Source: a virus
Length of the DNA: 43,199 bases
Direction: 5' to 3' (one strand)
Virus record (IMG/VR): IMGVR_UViG_3300042756_000102
A model generated the notes under the pieces. The model saw nothing but the letters and a program-made list of their open reading frames with translations. It ran no database searches and was not told the origin of the DNA. This document shows, in pieces, positions 1-9,089 of this stretch. The position numbers were made by a program, and so were the translations under genes. How positions within the stretch are numbered: position 1 is the first letter of the stretch; every line of letters begins with the position of its first letter.

Positions 1-127
1 GAGCAGACCACCGATGCCTCCTACCCCAGACTTACTGGAAGTGCTGTTGCGTTCAAGAACCGCAAGGCTATCTTGTTTGATGTCGAGACCAAGATTAAGG
101 CTGACGGCACATTCTACACGCTCTTCC
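1..127. repeat. Terminal redundancy, copy 1. It is identical to 43073-43199 and is probably an assembly overlap of a circular or circularly permuted genome.
   Basis: Direct comparison: GAGCAGACCACCGATGCC...CACGCTCTTCC occurs at both window ends. It is 127 nt long and lies inside an open reading frame. Confidence 0.95.
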
Positions 128-3100
128 ACACGCTTGACTTGGCTGTCATCGAGCAAGAGGCTAACCGCCTTTTCCAGAACACGGAATATAGAAAACTGTT
201 TGACGGAGACAGAGGCGTAATGGAAGCCGACTTCTTCAAGTACCTCAGCAACGCTTCCAAGGCTTCTACAGACCCTAAGAAATTAGACTCTGCTATCCTT
301 CTTGATAAGGGTGACGGACTTGGAGCACAGCGTAGAGATGTCCTTCATCAGATGGGTCGTATGGCTCTCCAGACTGGCGATGCCTATAAGCATCAGCCTA
401 TCGCTGTTATCCCAGAAGGATTCAGACATAGCGTAACTTCCTTTAATATCGATGGTATGACTACCCCCCGTGTCGAGGGTGGTGCTAGGTACGACATCGA
501 CATGAAGAACGCTCACAAGTTCATCCGTGAGAACTGGCAACCCGATGATATGAGACAAGAGAAGACTCCTATTGGCAGAGTCCTTACCCATGATTCTGGA
601 TTCAAGTTTACTCAAGATGCCAGCGGAAGAGTTTCTGCTTACACTAACGATGGTTCTAAGGTAGGTACATTTAGTTCTATCAAGGAAGCCACAACAGCGT
701 CCAAGAACCTTTACAACAAGGCTCAAGAGAACATCCGCAAGATTGCTCAAGTAGCCAAGCAGAAAGAAATTGAGAACAGAAAGAACCTTCAGCCGTTAGA
801 CGAGGCTTTCTACGAGGAAGCGTTCCGTGTTGGTGATATGTTCAAGACCAAGCGGATGCAGGAGATTGTCGGCAACTCTAGGTTAGTCCGTCAGACCTTT
901 GACGAACTGCTTGGTCAGAAAGTTGAAGAAATAAGTAGCGGAAAAAATGAAGCAGAAAAAGGTGCTATTTTAGAACGAATGTTTAACTCTGAATTTAAGG
1001 AGTTAATTGACTTAGAAGCAGAATTACAAAAAGAATATGAACCTCTTCAATTAGAATCAAGACAACTTCAAGAACAAGAAAAAGAAATAATTGGTAGACT
1101 TGCAGAGTTTAGTCAAGAAAAGAAAAGACTTCAACAGTTTAGCGACCCAGATGCTAGAGTTGATGTAGGCATTCTTGAGATGTTTGAGCGTAATTACAGG
1201 AGAAAAGAAGAAGTTAATAAGCGTGTTTCTGAAATAGTAAAAAAACAACATGATGCGGGAATCACAGATTATAGTTCGCATTATTATATGACTAAGCGTT
1301 TCCTTCAAATGTTTAACGAAACAGGAAAACTTAGCGAAGAGGCTATTGCCTTTGCATTAAAGCCGTCATTGATTAAGGCTTACGAGGCTAACTTTGAAAC
1401 AGGAAAGGCTGTTACATTATTGGCTAATCACGGAACGCCTAACCATGAACTCATGGTCAGCAAGACTTTCAACACGGCATTCCTTGGAAGAAACACAGGC
1501 TCTATGTCTGCGTTTAATGCTACCTTCTTTGCTGGCTCTAAAGAGACTTCTCTTGCCTTTGTTGGTGTTCCTTTAGAAAAAACATGGGTCAGAGATTTTA
1601 TACAGGCAAGACCGCATTATGTAAAAGACTTTTCTCCAGAACTTGTGGCTAAGTTAGAATCAATGCTTTCCTCAGACACATCTAAAGGTGTTGTTCAGAA
1701 GGTAAAGTATTTACTGAACAATGCTCACATCGAGTTCCCAGATGATTTCAAGTTAAAAGATACACATAGAAAGACAAAAGAAGGAGAACCTATAATTGCG
1801 TCTCGTCCAGAATCAACACTAGGATATGATATTGATGGATTATTAGACAGGATGCTAGAAAATGCTCAAGACGAAGGTGCTGTGTTTGGCGGCGTAGAAA
1901 CCTACTGGGAAGAAGCAGGAAGAGAACCCTACCTACTTCGTAACATTGTCAAGATGGATAACCCGTATGTCCACGAATACGCTAAGGCTGACTACAGAGA
2001 CGAGACCTTTGCCTCTGTTATTCAGAGGGCTAAAGATGCTGGTCACGATGGTGTTATCTTTAAGAACACCAAGGATGGCGGTGGCTTAGATACAATCTTT
2101 GCTTCCTTCGCCAAGAACGAGGACAACAAGATTTTCACACTTGAGACAACTGAAGACACAAGGTTTGCCCCCAGAGGCAATGACGAGGCTGGCAACAAGG
2201 TCAAGGGAGGCTCTGAGATTGAAGGCAGAAATTTCCAGCCAGACGAACCTATGCCACCCTCTAGAGACCAAGGTTTTAATCGTGTGTATCGCCAGATTTC
2301 TAGAAGCAAGAAAGCGGCTACTCGTAGCATCAAACAATCGTACCTTGATAAATGGGGTATTGATTTAGGAGATTTTGAAAAGTATAAGCAACTTACAGAC
2401 TCTCTTGATAGATTAGAAAGAGATGCAGAAGACGGAAAAGATATTCCAGATTTCATATCTGAAAGAAGAGATTTAAAAAGCGAAATAAGCGACCTCGAAG
2501 ATTTTATGACGGGTCGTATTCAAGAAACTCAAGGTGAGTATGCTCATCAATTTACTGACCAACTTGATGAACTTGAGATTGGAATCAGAAAAATTGATTC
2601 TGTTATTTCTACAATTTCAGAACAGCCGTTAAGCAAAGTTGGAACTTGGTCTGGCACAAACAGACTAGAAGCAGTTCTTACGAGAGAATTAGGTAGTGGT
2701 TTTGCAAGAGAAATAAGTGGAGATGATATAGTTATTGCTGATTCTTTCCGTGAATACGCTCTTGTTAAATATGAACAGGATTATCTTGGTGCGGCTTTTG
2801 AGTCTGAACTCTACAGTTCTGATTACATAATTCCTCAAAAGGGAAATCATCATTACACTATTCCAGCATCTGAAGGTTCTAATAAAAAAGGAATCCTTGT
2901 AGATGTTCTTAGGTCTGAAAATAAACTTACAGAAAAAGGACTTCCTCAAGGTGAGGTTAATCCTCGCAGAATAATCAACGCTCTCAAAAACAAGTCTGGT
3001 GGCGATTCTAAGGTTTACGCTGAGGCTAAGGCTATGGGTCTTATCGACTGGCTTGAATCCAAGCAAGATGGTCAAAAACAAAAGAAAGTCACAACTAAAG

Positions 3101-6100
3101 AATTAATTGATTTCGTTGAGAACAACAAAATGGGACTAGTAATCGACCCGCAGTTAGTTCAATCCGCAGATTTTGGAGACACAAGAGGATATGTCAGCGG
3201 AGGAGAAACACAATCTAGAAACGGATATAGAGTTTTTGTAGTTAGAATGATGAATCAAAAACATCAACATGGCGTTGAAGGACATTTTAATGGTGCTGTT
3301 GTTCACATTAGAGTAACAACCAGAAAATCAAAAGACGGAAAAAAGGTTTTCCACATTGAAGAGATACAGGCTAATAATACGGCTACTGATGTGTTGTCTG
3401 ATAGTCAAAGAGCAGTTGTTACTAAAGAAGTTGAACAACTTAAATTATTTAAAAAAGACTACGAAGCCGCCCTTCTTTATACACAAGCAGAATCATCGGC
3501 ATTAAAATCTCGATTTGGAGCAGGAACAGCAGATTATGCAATTGCTGAAACCGCAAGAGTTAGTAGATGGCAAGTAAACAGAGATAAAATAGCAGGAAAA
3601 TATGCAGAAATTTTGTACGATTTAAATCCAGAACCTCACCAAGAAAGATATGTAGGAATAGGCAGCAAAACAAGAGATGGATATATTTCTGCATTGGCTA
3701 AATCGCTTCCCAATATGCAAATTGATATGTTGGTTTCAGAAAAGACAACAAAACTCAACGCTAAGAAAAACAATGCTCCGCTTCAAGACCCTAAAGAATG
3801 GGTCAAGATTGCTTTTAGAACTGTTCTTCGCAAGGCTTTTGTTGAAGGCGTAGACAGAATTACAATTACTCCGTGGTCTGAGACTCCTTTACAAGTAGGA
3901 ATGAAAAGTAAGTCTGCCGAAAGGTTTTATGGCAAGACCATTACAGATGCGTTTAATTCAGAGTTAGCAAAAATGAACTCTGTTCTTGAGGCTAAAAATA
4001 GTTCTGTTTCAGACAGGCAAAGAAAGATTACTGAAGCAAATGTTAAACTAAACGATTCTATTCAAGAAGTTGCTACGGCTGTTGATGTCAATGCTAATAA
4101 CAATGGTGCTGATATTAAAGTATTGTTTGAATATCTTCATATGTCTGATGCAGACCTTGATAACAGGTTTGGAAGTCAGATGAATACATATATGTCTTCG
4201 CCTTATGAGTTTTTAAAATGGGCTAATTTTGAAACAGAAAAACTTCCTCCAAACTATAAAGGTAAAGATGCTTTAGAAAAAGCAATTTCCAGAAGAGAAG
4301 AAAAACTTCGTTTGTTTGTAGAAGACCAAGGTGCTAACGAAGGATTAAAGACTCCAAGCGGAAGAGATGTTGCGGCTGGTTCTATGTCTGAATCTGAATA
4401 TCTTGTTGACCGAAGCCTTGGTTTTGACCTTACGCCAGAAATGAAAAAGAAGGGGGCTAGACCTCAGCGTATGTTCCAGCCTTCTGAGGGCGGTGCTGAG
4501 GGTGGTCGTGTCTATGACCAGAACAGCCGTGAGTTTAAAACAGGTTTTATTGGCAAATATGCCGAGGAAAACCCAGAGCGTCTTAAAAATAAGAACATAG
4601 AGTTCGTCAAACGCAAAGACGGCTCTTATAGGATTACGCTTACAGATAACTTTGGTACAACTAAAAAGATTGGACACATAACTGCTGACCTTGATATGTC
4701 TGTTAAGGGAGAAGGTGTTGCAGAAATATCCTCCAACATTGACCCAAAATTCAGAGGCAATAAATTGGCTAATGTTTTGTATAGCGAGATGGCAGAACGC
4801 CTTCGTGCGATGGGAGTCAAGTATGTTGATGGCACTATTGTTAACAAAGACGGGATTCCAGTCCAAGTTAGAAACACAATTATTGGTCAGACTTACTTTA
4901 AAGGAAGCAATAAGCCAGCCTCCATGCAGGAAACTGCAAGCAAGGTTCAAGCAGTTCAGTCTGTATATCCAAACAAAGGCATCGGAGTTTACAACGAACT
5001 AGACCCCAAGGCTCGCTATATGCCAGCGGAGGGTGTCAACGCTCCAGTCAACGAAGCAAACAGAAGTTTTATATTAGATACAATAACAGGCAACGACAAC
5101 AGCCGTCGTGCCTTGGAGGAAGGCATGAAGCAAGCCAAGGACAGAAAGCAGAACTTCATAACAATAGATAACATCAACCCAGAGTTGCTTCGTGGCGAGG
5201 CTGTGGTCATGCACTCACCCGACAACGCTGGTGTTGAGCCTGTCCAGATTGGTAGGTTTACTGTCAACCCTAGGGGCGGTATGCGGTTTCCGTCAGAAAA
5301 CCCGACATTAGGTTGGGCTGGCGTTAAGGCTGGTCTTGGTAAACAAATCAACGACAACGGAAACTTTAACGCTGACAGGGGCAAGGGCTGGAGTTCTGGC
5401 GTTGGTCTTATCAAGGGTGACAATGCCAAGATGAAGGGTACGCACATCGGTCTAGAGGTGTTCTTAAGAAACCTCCAGAACTTTACGGACAACGGAGTGC
5501 TTACCGAATCTCAGACAAAGCAGATTCTCAAGAAGGGTCTTGGAGACATTGGTGATATTAAGAGACCCCTTGATACTATCGTTGAAGACATCCTTGTTAA
5601 GAGTTCTAAGCACGAAGGAAGATACACTATTGACGGAAGAAGAAAGGCTGTAGAAAGCATGACGAAAACCGATGGTCACGCTTCCTTGTGGAAGTACCTT
5701 CAGTCTGACCTCACAAAGTTAGAACCTCTTGTTGAAGGGTTTTCCTCTCAAGGTGTCACTAACGCCAATCAGTTCATCAAGGCTATGCTAGAGCCTATGT
5801 ATGAGGCTGTCTCTGACCCGCTCACACGACACGCTAAGGTTGGAGAGGTGTACGGGTATCTGATGTTCAGAAGCCCCGTGACAGAGCCTCCGTCTGATGT
5901 TCACCCTTCATATAAGTATGCCGTCCAGTCAGAAGATGGAGGCAGTCCTGTGCAGTTAGACATCCTATCTACGCCCATGAGTCCTAGGAAGGCATTTACA
6001 AACAGGATTACTGCTGGCGAGGTTTCCCCTCTGCCAGAATCTGAGGCTGGGTTTAAGGTCTCCACGGGTCAAAAACATATCCCTACAATGCGTGGTACAT

Positions 6101-6297
6101 TCATGCCAGCGGAGTTCACGGAGTTCAAGTCTGAGCAGTCTGCCACGGGTCGCATCATGCGTAACGCCAAGGGCTATGTTATCATGTTAGCCAACAATAA
6201 GTTTAGAGTCTATAATCCTTCCAAGGCTATCATCGGTGTCTACGGCAATGAGGAAGAAGCCAAAAAGAGAATCTACAAGGAAATCCCTAAGCGATGA
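1..6297 (+). CDS. C-terminal 2,098 aa of a giant wrap-around ORF (continues from 39836-43072; 3,177 aa in total). Putative ejected internal-virion polyvalent protein, in the position of T7 gp16.
   Basis: Frame 1 is open from base 1, so the TTG 'start' at 73 in the ORF track is an artefact. After removing the 127-nt overlap it is in phase with the ORF that opens at 39836. It is the last and largest of three consecutive internal-protein-like genes after the tail genes, and ends at TGA 6295-6297. Confidence 0.85.
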   Translation, partial: EQTTDASYPRLTGSAVAFKNRKAILFDVETKIKADGTFYTLFHTLDLAVIEQEANRLFQNTEYRKLFDGDRGVMEADFFKYLSNASKASTDPKKLDSAILLDKGDGLGAQRRDVLHQMGRMALQTGDAYKHQPIAVIPEGFRHSVTSFNIDGMTTPRVEGGARYDIDMKNAHKFIRENWQPDDMRQEKTPIGRVLTHDSGFKFTQDASGRVSAYTNDGSKVGTFSSIKEATTASKNLYNKAQENIRKIAQVAKQKEIENRKNLQPLDEAFYEEAFRVGDMFKTKRMQEIVGNSRLVRQTFDELLGQKVEEISSGKNEAEKGAILERMFNSEFKELIDLEAELQKEYEPLQLESRQLQEQEKEIIGRLAEFSQEKKRLQQFSDPDARVDVGILEMFERNYRRKEEVNKRVSEIVKKQHDAGITDYSSHYYMTKRFLQMFNETGKLSEEAIAFALKPSLIKAYEANFETGKAVTLLANHGTPNHELMVSKTFNTAFLGRNTGSMSAFNATFFAGSKETSLAFVGVPLEKTWVRDFIQARPHYVKDFSPELVAKLESMLSSDTSKGVVQKVKYLLNNAHIEFPDDFKLKDTHRKTKEGEPIIASRPESTLGYDIDGLLDRMLENAQDEGAVFGGVETYWEEAGREPYLLRNIVKMDNPYVHEYAKADYRDETFASVIQRAKDAGHDGVIFKNTKDGGGLDTIFASFAKNEDNKIFTLETTEDTRFAPRGNDEAGNKVKGGSEIEGRNFQPDEPMPPSRDQGFNRVYRQISRSKKAATRSIKQSYLDKWGIDLGDFEKYKQLTDSLDRLERDAEDGKDIPDFISERRDLKSEISDLEDFMTGRIQETQGEYAHQFTDQLDELEIGIRKIDSVISTISEQPLSKVGTWSGTNRLEAVLTRELGSGFAREISGDDIVIADSFREYALVKYEQDYLGAAFESELYSSDYIIPQKGNHHYTIPASEGSNKKGILVDVLRSENKLTEKGLPQGEVNPRRIINALKNKSGGDSKVYAEAKAMGLIDWLESKQDGQKQKKVTTKELIDFVENNKMGLVIDPQLVQSADFGDTRGYVSGGETQSRNGYRVFVVRMMNQKHQHGVEGHFNGAVVHIRVTTRKSKDGKKVFHIEEIQANNTATDVLSDSQRAVVTKEVEQLKLFKKDYEAALLYTQAESSALKSRFGAGTADYAIAETARVSRWQVNRDKIAGKYAEILYDLNPEPHQERYVGIGSKTRDGYISALAKSLPNMQIDMLVSEKTTKLNAKKNNAPLQDPKEWVKIAFRTVLRKAFVEGVDRITITPWSETPLQVGMKSKSAERFYGKTITDAFNSELAKMNSVLEAKNSSVSDRQRKITEANVKLNDSIQEVATAVDVNANNNGADIKVLFEYLHMSDADLDNRFGSQMNTYMSSPYEFLKWANFETEKLPPNYKGKDALEKAISRREEKLRLFVEDQGANEGLKTPSGRDVAAGSMSESEYLVDRSLGFDLTPEMKKKGARPQRMFQPSEGGAEGGRVYDQNSREFKTGFIGKYAEENPERLKNKNIEFVKRKDGSYRITLTDNFGTTKKIGHITADLDMSVKGEGVAEISSNIDPKFRGNKLANVLYSEMAERLRAMGVKYVDGTIVNKDGIPVQVRNTIIGQTYFKGSNKPASMQETASKVQAVQSVYPNKGIGVYNELDPKARYMPAEGVNAPVNEANRSFILDTITGNDNSRRALEEGMKQAKDRKQNFITIDNINPELLRGEAVVMHSPDNAGVEPVQIGRFTVNPRGGMRFPSENPTLGWAGVKAGLGKQINDNGNFNADRGKGWSSGVGLIKGDNAKMKGTHIGLEVFLRNLQNFTDNGVLTESQTKQILKKGLGDIGDIKRPLDTIVEDILVKSSKHEGRYTIDGRRKAVESMTKTDGHASLWKYLQSDLTKLEPLVEGFSSQGVTNANQFIKAMLEPMYEAVSDPLTRHAKVGEVYGYLMFRSPVTEPPSDVHPSYKYAVQSEDGGSPVQLDILSTPMSPRKAFTNRITAGEVSPLPESEAGFKVSTGQKHIPTMRGTFMPAEFTEFKSEQSATGRIMRNAKGYVIMLANNKFRVYNPSKAIIGVYGNEEEAKKRIYKEIPKR

Positions 6298-6599
6298 GCC
6301 AAGACCCACAGTCCCTCGATGTCATCGCAGAAGAATTCAAGAAGACAGGCTGGCTGTTTGCCGTCCTTGGTGCTCTTGGTATGCTTGCTAGGCTTATACT
6401 TACTGACGAGAAGTACGAAATTATGCGATGGACTAGGATGGTTCTGGCTGGTGCTATCGTTGGGGTGGTCTGCTACTTCGCCCTTGCTAACGCTGACATA
6501 GACCCTTTCTACAAGAGCGTTTTGTGCAGTATCTCTGGCTCTATTGCTCCAGAGGTGTTCAACTGGGCTAGACGCAAGTTCCTACAGAAAACTAAATGA
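6294..6599 (+). CDS. Putative holin (small membrane protein, 101 aa).
   Basis: ATGA overlap with the giant ORF stop. There are 2-3 hydrophobic helices (WLFAVLGALGMLARLIL, MVLAGAIVGVVCYFALA) and a basic C-terminal tail RRKFLQKTK. It lies at the end of the late operon. Confidence 0.6.
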   Translation: MSQDPQSLDVIAEEFKKTGWLFAVLGALGMLARLILTDEKYEIMRWTRMVLAGAIVGVVCYFALANADIDPFYKSVLCSISGSIAPEVFNWARRKFLQKTK

Positions 6600-7300
6600 G
6601 ATTCCTAATCCCTGTCCTGTTACTCTGCGGTTGTTCTACTGCACCCATCCCTATTACCCACAATCCCATTGAGCCGCAAAACAAAGAGAAGGACACCTAC
6701 ATCCAGAAAGTCGAGTCAGTCGTTTCTGACTCTGCTTCTGCCCTTACTGCTGTCGTTCCTGTCCTCGATAAAGGAACTGTCAGAGAAGTTGTCGAAGCCC
6801 AAGTGACCCGTCTGTCTGGCATCTCTAAGCCCTCTGTTGCCAAGGTGGAGGAGTTCACCCGCATCATCAAACAGAATGACACCAAGGCTGTCCAGAAGGA
6901 CAAGGACGAGGCATCTAAGGTAGACGCTGAGACCTCAGCCCTGTACGCTATGGTAGAGCAGAAGGACTGGGAGATACAGGAGGCTCACGCTAGGGCTGAC
7001 GGTGAGTTCAAGCAGAAGGTCTTGTGGCAGTTCAGCACCGCTGGGCTAGGGCTGTTCGTGGCTGGAGTTCTTGTGGTAGCCTTCTCCCCGTTTAAGACTA
7101 AGGGTATTACCTTGATGGGTGGTGGTGCTTTGGCTATGGCTTCCCTTTGGATATTCGATAGCCAATGGTTCACTTGGATTGCTGGAGGCTCAGTCGGGAT
7201 GGTCTGCCTGTCCCTGCTTGCCGTGATGATTAAGAAACTTACTTCCAAAACTCCTCTGGCACAACATCCACAAAAATCGGATTCCGCTGAGGGGCTTTAG
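6596..7300 (+). CDS. Lipobox-bearing envelope protein with C-terminal transmembrane helices; spanin-like candidate.
   Basis: The N-terminus MRFLIPVLLLCGCS is a signal peptide plus a lipobox-like Cys. The middle is a charged, coiled segment and the C-terminus has three hydrophobic helices. It overlaps the holin-like gene stop. Confidence 0.5.
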   Translation: MRFLIPVLLLCGCSTAPIPITHNPIEPQNKEKDTYIQKVESVVSDSASALTAVVPVLDKGTVREVVEAQVTRLSGISKPSVAKVEEFTRIIKQNDTKAVQKDKDEASKVDAETSALYAMVEQKDWEIQEAHARADGEFKQKVLWQFSTAGLGLFVAGVLVVAFSPFKTKGITLMGGGALAMASLWIFDSQWFTWIAGGSVGMVCLSLLAVMIKKLTSKTPLAQHPQKSDSAEGL

Positions 7301-7523
7301 CACTAAGGATGTTGAAGTGCATATACTCTTCAGCAGTATCGAAGTCCATCATGTCCTGCTCCATAAGGTGAGCCATGATACGCTCCGTAGAGTAAACGGC
7401 AACCGTACCCTCATCAGTTACAGAGAGTCCAATGAAGGCGTGGGAGATGCCGTCTGCTACCACGATTTCTTCATCGATGTCGGCTAGGAATTCCTTGAGC
7501 AGTTGGTCGTTAGTCTTGGTCAT
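7239..7523 (-). CDS. Hypothetical protein (94 aa, acidic).
   Basis: ORF with an ATGA-type overlap to the upstream gene. It is the last gene of the minus-strand block, and its 3' end overlaps the plus-strand gene 6596-7300 by 62 nt. Confidence 0.6.
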   Translation of the reverse strand: MTKTNDQLLKEFLADIDEEIVVADGISHAFIGLSVTDEGTVAVYSTERIMAHLMEQDMMDFDTAEEYMHFNILSAKAPQRNPIFVDVVPEEFWK

Positions 7524-7753
7524 TTGATTCGGTAGTGCGGGATTGGTCTAACAACCTGTCCAGACCTAACCTTGAAATATTTTAACTCAATTAAACCAGA
7601 GGCAACAAATCTTTTAAGTTTCCTGTTCGCAGTTTGTTCTGTAACTCCCCACGCTTTTGAATACTTAGCCCGTGTAAAGAATCCTTTAGGCGGTTTAACA
7701 ATTTCCCTGTTTAGGAAAATGTCTTCTAGTTCTTTAAGTTTGGTGGCGTTCAT
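7520..7753 (-). CDS. Small winged-helix/HTH-like DNA-binding protein (77 aa).
   Basis: Basic protein. The segment WGVTEQTANRKLKRFVASGLIE resembles an HTH recognition helix. It is translationally coupled on both sides. Confidence 0.5.
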   Translation of the reverse strand: MNATKLKELEDIFLNREIVKPPKGFFTRAKYSKAWGVTEQTANRKLKRFVASGLIELKYFKVRSGQVVRPIPHYRIK

Positions 7754-8487
7754 AGTCCTTTGATAGAGTAGATAAATTCTTTACCAACACGGTGGGCTTG
7801 CCAGACCTTCCAGTCGTTTCCTTGAGTGAACCCGTAAGTCCATCCGCTACCCCACTTGCTGGTCGCTAGGCGGTTCTTAGCGTAGTCGGGGGACTTACCA
7901 CATAGGCAACCGCCAGAGAAGCCTACAGCCCCCCCGTGCTTGCGAGCGTTGACCTGCTGGATAGAGTGCAGGTGACCCATGATGACAGCACCTTGGGGTT
8001 CGGCATAATGGATTGCGTGTTCCTCCACGGCACGGACACCGCAGGTATATCCGTGTACGAAGGCAACTTTTCCTAATCTGTGTACGCCCTCCTCAGCGTG
8101 GTAATCGTAAATCTTCTTGCAACCGTTCTTCTTGAGGTGGTTACGGATATCGTTCTTGAGGTCGTGGCAATAGTCTACCATCATACCGCTAGTCGAGCCG
8201 TTGATAATCTGGTCTAGGCGGTCATCGTGATTTCCGTTTAAGAAAATAGAGGGTTGGACACGGGTGATGAATTCTTTGCCAGCCTTGACATCGGCAACCA
8301 GAGACTCGTCTTCCTCCTTGCGTCCTGCACCCCTGCGGATGGAACGGAAGTCGAAGTTATCTCCTAGGTGGACTACCTCGTCTGGGTTGAACCATTTTAG
8401 GAATTTGTAAAACTGCTTGGCAACATCCTCATCGATGTGGTCTCCGTGGTTGTCACCTACGGCTACGAACTTAATTAGTTTGCTCAT
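7750..8487 (-). CDS. Calcineurin-like metallophosphoesterase (245 aa counted from the internal ATG).
   Basis: Motifs appear in canonical order: VGDNHGDH, HLGDNFD, GNHDD, FVHGY, GHLHS. The start is moved to ATG 8487 (MSKLIKFVAVGDNHG) because the upstream extension overlaps the preceding gene and looks non-protein-like. Confidence 0.85.
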   Translation of the reverse strand: MSKLIKFVAVGDNHGDHIDEDVAKQFYKFLKWFNPDEVVHLGDNFDFRSIRRGAGRKEEDESLVADVKAGKEFITRVQPSIFLNGNHDDRLDQIINGSTSGMMVDYCHDLKNDIRNHLKKNGCKKIYDYHAEEGVHRLGKVAFVHGYTCGVRAVEEHAIHYAEPQGAVIMGHLHSIQQVNARKHGGAVGFSGGCLCGKSPDYAKNRLATSKWGSGWTYGFTQGNDWKVWQAHRVGKEFIYSIKGL

Positions 8488-8677
8488 TGGAAATATCAAA
8501 TGTGTCGTTACGCAAGACCTTGAACTGGTCTGTACGCATATGACGGATAACCCCATCCTTCTCAAAGACAACAGCAAAGATATCGTTAGACCAAGTCCCG
8601 CCATCCCGCACATACATCAGCCAGCCGTAACCGATGTCGGTGCTGACTGGGATGGGGTTGCGGAATTCGTGAATCAT
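8471..8677 (-). CDS. Hypothetical protein (68 aa).
   Basis: ORF in the operon, with short overlaps to its neighbours. Confidence 0.5.
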   Translation of the reverse strand: MIHEFRNPIPVSTDIGYGWLMYVRDGGTWSNDIFAVVFEKDGVIRHMRTDQFKVLRNDTFDISNEQTN

Positions 8678-8952
8678 TTTAAATTACGAAGATGTTCTAG
8701 GTCTTCAAGGCAACGCAACCAGCGTCCGTGGTCGCACTCAGCCTCAATTTTCCAGTAGTTAACTCTGCCCTTGAGAACCTCTACCTCAGCCTTGAGGCGT
8801 GTGTTCTCCTCTGCCAAGGCACGGCACTCGATGCCTAAGTTCAGTACGCTCTTGGCTAGGCTAGTCTTGATTGGGTCTTCAAAACTATGTTCGTAGAAGA
8901 CTAACTTAGGGGTGTCCATTTGTTCAAAGGTTTTGACATCAAGGTTTCCCAT
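8674..8952 (-). CDS. Hypothetical coiled-coil protein (92 aa).
   Basis: ORF with a heptad-like stretch, LAEENTRLKAEVEVLKGRV. Confidence 0.5.
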   Translation of the reverse strand: MGNLDVKTFEQMDTPKLVFYEHSFEDPIKTSLAKSVLNLGIECRALAEENTRLKAEVEVLKGRVNYWKIEAECDHGRWLRCLEDLEHLRNLK

Positions 8953-9089
8953 CGTGCTTTGTCGCTTTGTAGTTGCTTGTTCGCTACAGCGTAAGCATCT
9001 TTGAATCTTCCTACGAGCGGGATGCGTCTGCTCACAGGTTCTTTACCTGTAGAACGAACTCCCTTAATCATAGAGCGGGTGTTGGTCAT
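8901..9089 (-). CDS. Hypothetical basic protein (62 aa from the internal ATG).
   Basis: ATG 9089-9087 forms an ATGA overlap with the stop of 9086-9379. The 3' end overlaps the next gene, so the boundaries are uncertain. Confidence 0.35.
   Translation of the reverse strand: MTNTRSMIKGVRSTGKEPVSRRIPLVGRFKDAYAVANKQLQSDKARWETLMSKPLNKWTPLS

Noticed and set aside
1-6297. The giant ORF might be an N4- or crAss-style virion RNA polymerase, with the conserved early hairpins acting as its promoters.
   Set aside because: I found only short regex-level hits: TIDGR at about 5620, THDSGF at about 580 and DADLD at about 4150. They are in the wrong order for T7-like motifs and lack the surrounding conserved context. 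This is insufficient, so it is kept only as something an HMM search would settle.
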